Position numbers and translations under genes: made by a program. A DNA stretch of 64,000 nucleotides from Candidatus Falkowbacteria bacterium RIFOXYA2_FULL_47_19 (GTDB taxonomy: Bacteria > Patescibacteriota > Patescibacteriia > Patescibacteriales > UBA12075). The notes under the pieces were generated by a model that saw only the letters and a list, made by a program, of their open reading frames with translations, did not search any database and was not told where the DNA came from. The stretch lies in the NCBI GenBank assembly GCA_001780275.1, contig MFGB01000020.1, positions 168,813-232,812 on the forward strand, in the 5' to 3' direction. Position 1 is the first letter of the stretch. Each line of letters starts with the position of its first letter. Shown piece by piece: positions 10,291 through 18,174 of this stretch.

Positions 10291-10370
10291 TAAAACAGTT
10301 AAGTATGGCAAGTTCTTTAAAATAAAAGGCCAGGATTAAGACGGCTTTCGCGTTCGCGGGGAGGAAAAAA

Positions 10371-11306
10371 ATGAAACTATTCAATCGTATGATAACGGCT
10401 TCCCTGGAGATTTTGCCGGAATCATTGGTTAAACCACTGATATATCCGCTCGTGGCCAAAAATTATGTCGCCGGACCGACGATTAAAGACGCTGTCGGTC
10501 GGACAAAAATCATTAACGCGCGCGGCGCCGAAGCCACGATCGATCATCTGGGCGAAGAAGCTCGAGATAAACGTGAAGTCGAGCAAAATATCAGGGTATA
10601 CGAAAGCATTATCCGCGCCATAAACCTAGAGAACCTAAGGGCTAGTATCGCTATTAAACCGACTAATTTCGGGCTGCGTTTCGATCCAAACTTTTGTCGG
10701 GAGGCCATGCGCGACATCATCTTAGCCGCCGCCGAGAAGAAAATATTTACCTGGATAGACATGGAGAATTCATCCACCACCTCCGCCACGATCGATTTTT
10801 ACCTGGAAGCCCAGTGGGAGTTCGGCGATCTTGTCGGAATGGCGCTTCAGGCTTATCTGCGGCGCAGTTTATCCGATATATGCTATATCAGGAAAAATAT
10901 CCATCATGGTGTGCCACATATCCGTCTATGCAAGGGAATCTACAACGAAGCGCCCGCCATAGCCATTAAAGAAATGCCGCTAATCAATCTGAATTATTAC
11001 ACGCTTCTGGAGAGCTTGATCTCCATCGGCTCGTATGTCGGTGTTGCCACGCACGATCCCGTCCGGATAAGCGAAGCCATCCAGTTGATCAAAAAATATA
11101 AAGCGCAAAAAAGATGCGAATTCCAGATGCTTTTGGGAGTGGAAAATCCCCCTCTTTACGCCCTTATTAAAAGCGGTTATCGCTGGTTGGTTTATGTTCC
11201 TTTCGGAATCAAATGGTACGGTTATTCCTTGAGGCGGTTTAAGGAAAACCCGCAAATCGTCGGCTATATCCTGAAAAATATGCTTAAGAATCGCAAGTAT
11301 AAATGA
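10371..11306 (+). CDS. monofunctional proline dehydrogenase
   Basis: PRODH-family pattern: IDHLGEEA, ALQAYLRRS, RLCKGIY, VATHD, FQMLLG, YVPFG..Y..RRF.ENP. SD GGGGAGG upstream. Confidence 0.85.
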   Translation: MKLFNRMITASLEILPESLVKPLIYPLVAKNYVAGPTIKDAVGRTKIINARGAEATIDHLGEEARDKREVEQNIRVYESIIRAINLENLRASIAIKPTNFGLRFDPNFCREAMRDIILAAAEKKIFTWIDMENSSTTSATIDFYLEAQWEFGDLVGMALQAYLRRSLSDICYIRKNIHHGVPHIRLCKGIYNEAPAIAIKEMPLINLNYYTLLESLISIGSYVGVATHDPVRISEAIQLIKKYKAQKRCEFQMLLGVENPPLYALIKSGYRWLVYVPFGIKWYGYSLRRFKENPQIVGYILKNMLKNRKYK

Positions 11307-11329
11307 CCTATTGCCGGAAGGAGCGGAAT

Positions 11330-11623
11330 ATGCGCCCTGATAAAGATGAGCTTACCGAGCTCGATGAGATCAATCGAAAATACAACGACAAAGAAAAGCC
11401 GAAAATCAGAAAATTGGCCGAATCCGAGCGCGCGGCCGCTCCCGGAAAATTCCGGGCGGTAGTAATAAAAGGAAATGAATATTTCCAAATCGAAGAAGAC
11501 GCGCTTAGCGCCGATAACGCCGCGACCATCCTGACGTTATTGTGGTGGTTCGACGAGGAGCAGGGCGAAGGGGAAATGGCCATTTTCAATGACCGGGGCG
11601 ATCGGTCGGATATATTTTTTTAA
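11330..11623 (+). CDS. hypothetical protein (97 aa)
   Basis: GGAAGGAG SD 7 nt before the ATG at 11330, which I prefer to the track's start at 11303. Followed by a terminator. No recognisable domain. Confidence 0.45.
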   Translation: MRPDKDELTELDEINRKYNDKEKPKIRKLAESERAAAPGKFRAVVIKGNEYFQIEEDALSADNAATILTLLWWFDEEQGEGEMAIFNDRGDRSDIFF

Positions 11624-11630
11624 AAAAACA

Positions 11631-11655
11631 ATCCCGAAATTTCGGGATTTTTATT
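11631..11655 (+). terminator. intrinsic terminator
   Basis: ATCCCGAAATTTCGGGAT palindrome followed by TTTT. Confidence 0.8.
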
Positions 11656-11702
11656 TTCTTGCAAATCGCCATAAGCGCGCCTAAGCGTTACCACATTTTC
11701 TC

Positions 11703-11731
11703 TTGACAAATTGAAAAATATTCTCTATTAT
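11703..11731 (+). promoter_or_regulatory. promoter TTGACA-17-TATTAT
   Basis: Consensus -35, 17-nt spacer, good -10; ~65 nt upstream of the 11798 start. Confidence 0.65.
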
Positions 11732-11797
11732 TTAATATTCCATATTATTATAAAAATATTCCGTTCTTTATAAGCAAAATCACAAAGGAGGATCGCG

Positions 11798-12319
11798 ATG
11801 CCAAAAGCAGTAAAACGTGCCTTAAGCGCCTTATTCTCAAAAATAAATTATTCTCTTACGGGACAAAATTATTTTGCGGAAGAATTGAAGCGCCCGATCG
11901 GGTGGTCTATCGTTACGGCGGCCTTAACCGCCTTGTTCTGGGGAATATATTATTCTATTACGGGAAAATATAATTTTGAGATGAACGCATATTTTTTCGC
12001 TCCATGGGTAAGGGAAATGTGCCCCTGGCTCATTAACCGTTTTTGGGATATAATTTTCGCTCCGATCGTCGTGGGAGCCGCTGTTCTCTACTACGAACAC
12101 GAAAAAACCGATGACTTGGACGGCAATAATTTTTTTAACTCGATTATTGGGGCTATATTCATATCGGCCGGGGCATTGATGGGCTATACGTATATGGTTT
12201 TTCTGTTGGTAACCGTGATCGGTTCAGCCGTACTCGCGGTCGCGATCATATGGTTTTTTGTTAAAAGGATTAACGCGATAATAGATAATATCGGAACACA
12301 CGAGAGAGAGACAGAATAA
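11798..12319 (+). CDS. hypothetical multi-pass membrane protein
   Basis: AAAGGAGG SD 6 nt upstream. About four hydrophobic helices. Terminator overlaps the stop codon. Confidence 0.65.
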   Translation: MPKAVKRALSALFSKINYSLTGQNYFAEELKRPIGWSIVTAALTALFWGIYYSITGKYNFEMNAYFFAPWVREMCPWLINRFWDIIFAPIVVGAAVLYYEHEKTDDLDGNNFFNSIIGAIFISAGALMGYTYMVFLLVTVIGSAVLAVAIIWFFVKRINAIIDNIGTHERETE

Positions 12320-12332
12320 TCTCTCTTTTTTA
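12302..12332 (+). terminator. intrinsic terminator
   Basis: GAGAGAG...CTCTCT stem with the stop codon in the loop, followed by TTTTTT. Confidence 0.7.
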
Positions 12333-12339
12333 TTGATTT

Positions 12340-12358
12340 AAAAACCGCCCGGCGGCGG
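12340..12358 (-). terminator. intrinsic terminator (minus strand)
   Basis: On the minus strand: CCGCC-gccg-GGCGG followed by UUUUU. Confidence 0.6.
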
Positions 12359-12360
12359 CT

Positions 12361-12534
12361 CTATGCGCGAGGGATCTTTTTGCTTCCGTACTTGTCCGGA
12401 GCGGGCGGAAAGTTATCAAGAGGCAGCCTCTGTTTCCGGCCACCGACCTTTAAAGCGTGATTGGCGCGAAAACCGGACGGCGTCCGGTAACCTGGCCGCC
12501 CGTTGCGATTTCCGACTTTGGCGTGGTTTTTCAT
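12361..12534 (-). CDS. candidate 57-aa basic protein (MKNHAKVGNRNGRPGYRTPSGFRANHALKVGGRKQRLPLDNFPPAPDKYGSKKIPRA), or alternatively a structured sRNA / 3' UTR
   Basis: ATG..TAG ORF just under the track cut-off, in a GC-rich island. Extended -10 upstream, terminator 1 nt after the stop. No SD, so coding status is uncertain. Confidence 0.3.
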   Translation of the reverse strand: MKNHAKVGNRNGRPGYRTPSGFRANHALKVGGRKQRLPLDNFPPAPDKYGSKKIPRA

Positions 12535-12575
12535 AATATAATAATTTCGTTCATTGATTAAAACGTGGAATTTAT

Positions 12576-12584
12576 ATTATACCA
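12576..12584 (-). promoter_or_regulatory. extended -10 element TGGTATAAT (minus strand)
   Basis: Plus-strand ATTATACCA at 12576-12584 reads TGGTATAAT on the minus strand. Lies ~40 nt upstream of the 57-codon ORF and 54 nt after the LTD gene stop. Confidence 0.45.
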
Positions 12585-12637
12585 AGGAACAACCACGCCT
12601 ACAAGCGGTGAAACCGGGTTATTTTAAAAATAAACAA

Positions 12638-15325
12638 TTATTCCTTCCTAAACTTTATAAGCAGTCCCGCCAGCACCGCGATCACCGCCCCCGCAATAAT
12701 AATGAGATAGCGGAAGAGCTCGAGTTTTTTGTCGCGGGCGGAGAGTTCCCATTCTTCGCCGGGAACGATCTCTCCGAGTACCTGCCCGATCTCTTCCGGC
12801 GCGGCTTCGTCCGGGGTTTCGATATCTTTTTTTACGATATCATCCGGAAAGCGCGGCATAATCCTTAAGCCGGTTTTGACGGCGTTTAAAATTCCGGTTA
12901 CGCTTGCCCGATCCCCCTCTTCGATCACCGCGGCTTCAACACCGCTTCCCTGGCTTAAAAATATTTTTATCTCGTCCGTGCCGTCGTCCAGAAAGAAGGA
13001 TGAACCTTTTTTCTCCACGATCTCGCCTGTGACCGCGATGAGGCTGCCCAAAAAGCTTTCATCGACCTCGGCGCAGGCGATGTTCTCGGCTTTCGGTTCT
13101 TCCCGGCGTTCCAGTATTTCCATGTCGGCCGCCTCTTTTGTCTTTAAACGTAATTCGCCGTTCGTAATCGCGAGCTCCGCCTGAACAGCGATATAGTCGC
13201 CGATCTTAAGGCGGGGAAAATCTTTCTTATAGTTATATACCTGGATACCGCCGCCATCCTCGCCGGTTATATAGAAATATTGCGTTCCCAAGACGCCCGG
13301 CAGAACCGCGACAGTCCCTAAAACGCGCAAAAGGTCCCCAGCTTCGAAATTTTTTGCCAATATCGGCGTGGTTTCAATGATGTTTTTATCCTCCGGCTCC
13401 GTTTTAACCGCTGTTCCGGCGGATATTCCGGCTAAAACCCCAGAAGCGGCCGAATCGGACAGGAGGATCACGTTCTTGCTTCCCGGCGTCGGCGCGGTGG
13501 TCCAGAACCATTTTCCGTTCTCTCCGCGGGCATAAGCTTCGCCGGAAACCGTTTTCCCGCATTTGACTTCGTCCGCCGTTTTGCCGGCGGGATCGAATAA
13601 ACGGACGAAATCACCGGAATTATTCAGGGACAAACCGCTTTCCGTCCGGCTGACCGACAAATAGGCGCCGTTCGCGATCCAGAAATCTTCTTTAAACGCG
13701 TGCGGCCGGCTGCCGCCTTCGCCGTCATCGAGCATCCAGTCAAGCAGGTTCACGCGGACGCCGCCGCGGTTATAAAGTTCGATGAACTCCGCTTCATCCC
13801 CGCCGTCCGGATCCGGCAAAAATTCGTTAATGATAATATCGGGTATTTCATCGGACCAGCCTTTCGTTTCGACCCCGGGAAAAACAGGGGTTTTTGTGGA
13901 GATTATTTTAATGACTTGTTCTTTTTTTGCCTCGTTGGCGCCGTCTTTGACCGTTAGCGCGATGTTAAAATCGCCACTAACGAAAAAAGTATGCTCGGCG
14001 ATCTTAAGGCCGCTCCTTGATCCGTCGCCGAAATCCCAGAAGAACTCCAACTCATCATTTTCAACATCAAGCGTGTCGCCGCCGTCGAATATTACCGGTT
14101 CGCCCGGATACGCTTCGGCTGGCGCGTCAAAATCGACTGCCGGCGCCTCGTTTACCGGCGAAAACCCGTTAACGCGGTCGGGGGTGACTTGCCTGGTCCA
14201 GGAATACTTCCCGTCCTCTTTCCGGCTCCAGCTTTCGCCCGGGGGCGAGGTTTTGTATGTTAATTTCTGGATAATGCGGTTATCCGCGTTTTTTAAAATT
14301 AAACTATCCCCGTTGTTATCCAGAGCTAGAGAGCTTTCTTCGCGACCGATCGCTCTATACCCGCCCGGCTCCAGGATAAGGCCGTCCATAAGGAATTCCC
14401 GGCCGGAATCATCGGACAATCTCCAGCCGGAAAGATCGAACGCGGTCGTGCCCGGATTATAAAGCTCGATGAATTCCCCAGCCGGACTGCCTAAGGGTGC
14501 GGCAAAGACCTCGGAAATAAAAGGTTGTTCTTGGGCTTCAGTCTTTTCGGGCGCGGCCGTTATAATATTTTCCTCTTCCCGTGTTATCGTACTGGTAAGA
14601 AGAAAAATTGCGCCGTCGCGCGCCAGGCTTTGGCCCGAGTCGGGCGCAGGGACGTTATCTTCCGTATGGCCATTATCCCAATCGCCGTAAACAACCTCAT
14701 CGATCAAATTGCCCGCCGGATCGATGAGTTGCAGGCGATCGCCGCCGTTATTTAAATTACCGGCGATATTTTCCTTAACAGACAGCTTCCGGGATCCGAT
14801 AACTCCCCCGAGTTCCGTTCTTCGTTCGCCGCCGTCTAGAAGAATCCAGCCGGAAAGATCAATATCCGCATCGGAAGCGTTAAATATTTCTACCCATTCC
14901 GCTTCGCCGTCTTCAGGTGCGGACACAAGCTCGTTTATAAGGATATCGCCCGCTTTGTATCCGTGCCGGACGGCGTTATCTTCGTCGGGGGCGATAACAT
15001 TCTCTTCTTCCGGAATTTTGTCAGACGTTTCCGAATCCGCCGCCAGGCAATTCACGCAGATCAAATCCTTAAAGCCGTCGAAAGTGGATTGTCCGATGCC
15101 GGGCACGTTCATGATATCCTCGATCGCGATAAAAGATCCCGTGCCCTGCCGATAATCGATTATTGAGAGCGCTTTAGCCGGGCCGATGCCGGGCAGAGAG
15201 TCTAATTCTTCCAAAGACGCCTTATTTATATCGATCGATCCGTCCGACATAGCCGACGGGCAATAAAAAAATCCTATCATGAATATAGACAGGAGTATTG
15301 TGATCATCGTTGTTTTCATAAGCAC
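12638..15325 (-). CDS. membrane-anchored surface protein: ComEA-type helix-hairpin-helix + 3 lamin-tail domains + PKD domain + OB-fold-like modules
   Basis: N-terminal signal/TM. HhH INKASLEELDSLPGIGPAKALSIIDYR. LTD signatures INELVS..EWVEIFN..IDLSGW, ISEVFA..EFIELYN..FDLSGW and IINEFLPDP..EFIELYN..NLLDW. PKD FFWDFGDGS. OB-like LRVLGTVAV...YFYI. C-terminal TM. ATG at 15319 is an alternative start. Confidence 0.8.
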   Translation of the reverse strand: MLMKTTMITILLSIFMIGFFYCPSAMSDGSIDINKASLEELDSLPGIGPAKALSIIDYRQGTGSFIAIEDIMNVPGIGQSTFDGFKDLICVNCLAADSETSDKIPEEENVIAPDEDNAVRHGYKAGDILINELVSAPEDGEAEWVEIFNASDADIDLSGWILLDGGERRTELGGVIGSRKLSVKENIAGNLNNGGDRLQLIDPAGNLIDEVVYGDWDNGHTEDNVPAPDSGQSLARDGAIFLLTSTITREEENIITAAPEKTEAQEQPFISEVFAAPLGSPAGEFIELYNPGTTAFDLSGWRLSDDSGREFLMDGLILEPGGYRAIGREESSLALDNNGDSLILKNADNRIIQKLTYKTSPPGESWSRKEDGKYSWTRQVTPDRVNGFSPVNEAPAVDFDAPAEAYPGEPVIFDGGDTLDVENDELEFFWDFGDGSRSGLKIAEHTFFVSGDFNIALTVKDGANEAKKEQVIKIISTKTPVFPGVETKGWSDEIPDIIINEFLPDPDGGDEAEFIELYNRGGVRVNLLDWMLDDGEGGSRPHAFKEDFWIANGAYLSVSRTESGLSLNNSGDFVRLFDPAGKTADEVKCGKTVSGEAYARGENGKWFWTTAPTPGSKNVILLSDSAASGVLAGISAGTAVKTEPEDKNIIETTPILAKNFEAGDLLRVLGTVAVLPGVLGTQYFYITGEDGGGIQVYNYKKDFPRLKIGDYIAVQAELAITNGELRLKTKEAADMEILERREEPKAENIACAEVDESFLGSLIAVTGEIVEKKGSSFFLDDGTDEIKIFLSQGSGVEAAVIEEGDRASVTGILNAVKTGLRIMPRFPDDIVKKDIETPDEAAPEEIGQVLGEIVPGEEWELSARDKKLELFRYLIIIAGAVIAVLAGLLIKFRKE

Positions 15326-15391
15326 GCTTTACTATGGTTCTTTGGACAAGGAGTTTAACGCGCGCGCCTTTATCGCTCGCCAAAAAAGGCA

Positions 15392-15465
15392 AACACGCAA
15401 CACTTGAAACGACGTACGCGGAAAACTAAATTCCCGCGCGCGGATCCGTTCCGGTGTTGCGTGTT
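15392..15465 (-). promoter_or_regulatory. structured leader / attenuator-like hairpin upstream of the LTD gene
   Basis: Perfect 12-bp closing helix (15454-15465 with 15392-15403) encloses an 8-bp inner hairpin. On the minus strand it is followed by UGCCUUUUUU. Lies 67-140 nt upstream of the start codon. Confidence 0.4.
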
Positions 15466-15640
15466 ATGCGCGCTTATTTTATTTTAGCACAAGGGTCATG
15501 AAGAAATCATAAAAAAAATATAAAATTTTCATAAAAAAAATATAAAGAAAAAATCAGTGGCATTATATTTCTATGGTAAATATATTTTTAGTATCTATTG
15601 GCTTATATTAAACATTTTATTAATTACATAGCCCACTACC

Positions 15641-15669
15641 TTGCAATACATAGTAATCTGTGCTATACT
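15641..15669 (+). promoter_or_regulatory. promoter TTGCAA-17-TATACT
   Basis: Lies inside the track's N-terminal extension of the PadR ORF, which supports the ATG at 15697 as the real start. Confidence 0.6.
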
Positions 15670-15696
15670 GGTAATATAAGTAATTTCCCCAAAAAC

Positions 15697-16050
15697 ATGA
15701 AATCAAACCTAGAGATCAATACGGAAAACACCCGGGCGCAGATGCGGAAAGGCATATTGGAATTTTGCATATTGCTGATCATATCGCGGAGCAAGGTTTA
15801 TTCATCCGATATTTTACGTTCGCTCAAGGATGCCAACCTGATCGTGGTCGAGGGGACCGTTTATCCTCTTCTGACCAGGCTTAAGAATTCCGGACTTCTG
15901 TCATATGACTGGGAAGAGTCGCAAAGCGGACCTCCTCGGAAGTATTATTCCCTGACCCAGGCCGGCCGGAAGACCCTTGAACAGCTGACAACCACCTGGC
16001 GTTCGCTTGAGCGTTCGATCGAATTGTTGATCGATAAATTCACGAATTAA
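15697..16050 (+). CDS. PadR-family transcriptional regulator
   Basis: Winged-HTH pattern ILEFCILLII...VYSSDIL..L......VVEGTVYPLLTRLKNSGLL...WEES..GPPRKYYSLT..G. Confidence 0.9.
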   Translation: MKSNLEINTENTRAQMRKGILEFCILLIISRSKVYSSDILRSLKDANLIVVEGTVYPLLTRLKNSGLLSYDWEESQSGPPRKYYSLTQAGRKTLEQLTTTWRSLERSIELLIDKFTN

Positions 16051-16103
16051 GACCGATAAGGGTATCCGGAAATTAAATTTTTTTTACAATTTTTAACTAT
16101 CAT

Positions 16104-18077
16104 ATGGAAAAAACAATCAATATCACTCTGGGCGGCTTTGTTTTCATCTTAGAAGAAGACGCCTATAAAAAATTGGATGCTTATCTCGAATCGATCAAGC
16201 GGCATTATCGGGCGCCGGCGGAAGAAAAAGAGATCATAGACGACATCGAGTCCAGCATCGCTGAGAAGTTCAACACAAGGATCGACGCGCGGAAAAGAGT
16301 CATCACCCTCACGGACGTAGAGGAGATAATCGCCATCATGGGCACGGTCGAGGAGATCGCGAAAGAGGAAGAAGCGGATCCGTCGGACGGCGATAAGACC
16401 GGAGATGACCCCGCGGACGAGACGGCAAAAAAAAGATTATACCGCAACTCGGACGATATCGTGGTCGCCGGAGTCTGTTCCGGTCTGGGAGCCTATTTCG
16501 GGATCGATCCGGTCTTTATTCGCCTGCTTTTCGTCATTTTCACGTTTTTTAACGGCATCGGTCTTTTGGCCTATATCGTTTTATGGATGATAATGCCTAA
16601 GGCCGTGACCGGAGCGCAGAAGCTCGAAATGCGCGGTCGGCCCGTGAATCTTTCCGAGATACAGGAAGCGGTCAAAAAAAAATCGAAAACGATCGGCCGG
16701 GAAGGCCGGGAAGCTTTGAGCCGTCTTAAAAATAACCGCGTTTGGTACCGGATACTGAATTTTCCCGTTCGGGTAATCGAACGGATATTCTATTTCTTTA
16801 AAAAATCAGCCGGTTTTGTTTTTCCGGTTTTAAGTATTTTCTTAGGGGTTATATTCCTGTTATCGACCCTAGCGGCTATCTTAGGGCTTACGATCGCTTT
16901 GGGGGCTATGGTTTTGCACATAGGATCGCCGTTCATACATTCCGATGTGCCGCTTAAAGAATTATCATCAAATCCTTTTTACTACCTGGCGGCGTTGTCG
17001 GTGTATTTTACGGTCTTCGTGCCCTTGGTTTTCCTCTCTTTTCTGGGAATTACCATGATCCGACGCAAAAACGCGTTCGCGCCGATAGCCAGCGGCATCC
17101 TCGTCGGCATTTGGATGCTTGCCGTTGTCGGAGCGGTGATAGCGGCGGGCGACCTCGTGCCCAGGTTCAGGGTCTGGGTTGAAGATACGGCGGCCAGGGA
17201 AACGGAAAGCCGGACTTTCGATTACCGGGATTTTTCGAAATTATATCTGGGTGGCAACCAGAAAATAAAGATCCGGCCGGGCAATGAGTTTTCGATCACG
17301 TTGACCGGGCGCAGATCCGATCTTGACCGTCTGAATTTTAACGCGGAAGAGGGCCAACTACAGATAACGCAGAAGAGGCGGAACGACCCCGGTCTTTGCT
17401 TTTTTTGCTTCGAGCGGGATATCGAGGGCGAGATCATTATGCCCCGGCTCGAGTCTTTCGTAGGGATAAACCGCGTTCAGGCGGATATAGCGGATTTTAC
17501 CGACGATCTCTACGTAAGCCTGGGTGAAGCGGCGGAAGCGAGGATAGAACTCGAAGGACGGAATCTAACCGGCGTTTTAAGCGGAGTGTCCAGCCGGCTC
17601 GAGCTTATCGGAGAAGCGGACGTTCTTGATATTAAAATGGACGGGGGCGCCCGGCTGGAAACGAAAGATATCAGGGCTGATCGGATCGATATCGCCCAGT
17701 CGTCCTGGTCGCGGAGCGAACTTACCGGCGTTGTCAGGGAATTCAAGGCCGATCTTGAGAACGGCAGCCGTCTTTCCGCTTTCGCATTATCCGCGGATAA
17801 GGCGCGAACAAGAGCTTCCGATTATTCCCGGGCCGAGGTTTGGGGCGTTTCCTCCCTCGAAATAATTTCCCGCGATCAGGCGGAGGTTATTTACCGGGGA
17901 CAACCGGAAATCATAATTAAAAAAGCGGAAGACGCGAGCCGGATCGATGAGTGGGAAGATAATTCCGACTGGCCGGAGGAGGAGGAATTCGAAACGGACG
18001 ATATGCCCGATGAGGCGGAGATGATCCCGCCGCCCGCGCCAATAGAACCGTATTTGCCGGAAGTCACGGCGCCGTAG
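16104..18077 (+). CDS. PspC-domain membrane protein with C-terminal DUF2807/GIN-like beta-helix and acidic tail
   Basis: PspC motif LYRNSDDIVVAGVCSGLGAYFGIDPVFIRLLFVIFTFFNGIGLLAYIVLWMIMP. Several TM helices. Repetitive beta-strand C-terminal domain. A PadR gene upstream is the common pairing. Confidence 0.85.
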   Translation: MEKTINITLGGFVFILEEDAYKKLDAYLESIKRHYRAPAEEKEIIDDIESSIAEKFNTRIDARKRVITLTDVEEIIAIMGTVEEIAKEEEADPSDGDKTGDDPADETAKKRLYRNSDDIVVAGVCSGLGAYFGIDPVFIRLLFVIFTFFNGIGLLAYIVLWMIMPKAVTGAQKLEMRGRPVNLSEIQEAVKKKSKTIGREGREALSRLKNNRVWYRILNFPVRVIERIFYFFKKSAGFVFPVLSIFLGVIFLLSTLAAILGLTIALGAMVLHIGSPFIHSDVPLKELSSNPFYYLAALSVYFTVFVPLVFLSFLGITMIRRKNAFAPIASGILVGIWMLAVVGAVIAAGDLVPRFRVWVEDTAARETESRTFDYRDFSKLYLGGNQKIKIRPGNEFSITLTGRRSDLDRLNFNAEEGQLQITQKRRNDPGLCFFCFERDIEGEIIMPRLESFVGINRVQADIADFTDDLYVSLGEAAEARIELEGRNLTGVLSGVSSRLELIGEADVLDIKMDGGARLETKDIRADRIDIAQSSWSRSELTGVVREFKADLENGSRLSAFALSADKARTRASDYSRAEVWGVSSLEIISRDQAEVIYRGQPEIIIKKAEDASRIDEWEDNSDWPEEEEFETDDMPDEAEMIPPPAPIEPYLPEVTAP

Positions 18078-18142
18078 ATCCTTAAGCTCAGTCTTTGAGC
18101 AGATGGATAATAGATCGGCAAAATTTTTCTTTGCTATAATAT

Positions 18143-18170
18143 AAACCCGGTTCGCTTTGAACCGGGTTTT
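18143..18170. terminator. bidirectional intrinsic terminator
   Basis: AACCCGGTTC-gctt-tGAACCGGGTT stem with a flanking T-run; sits between convergent genes. Confidence 0.8.
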
Positions 18171-18174
18171 GATT

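Noticed and set aside
12340-12584. Identity of the GC-rich islands (here and at 24676-24888) as SRP RNA, tmRNA, 6S or RNase P RNA
   Set aside because: I looked for the SRP helix-8 GGAA tetraloop/AGCA context, the RNase P GAGGAAAGUCC box and a tmRNA tRNA-like end. None was found. They remain unclassified rather than assigned.
12729-15166. Multiple plus-strand ORFs (e.g. 13782..14462, 14709..15155, 12729..13184, 12554..12868)
   Set aside because: All lie inside or overlap the 895-aa LTD/ComEA gene, which has clear domain signatures. The products are Ser/Pro-rich shadows.
15598-15696. 5' extension of the PadR ORF in the track
   Set aside because: It contains the TTGCAA-17-TATACT promoter (15641-15669). 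PadR homology starts after the Met at 15697.
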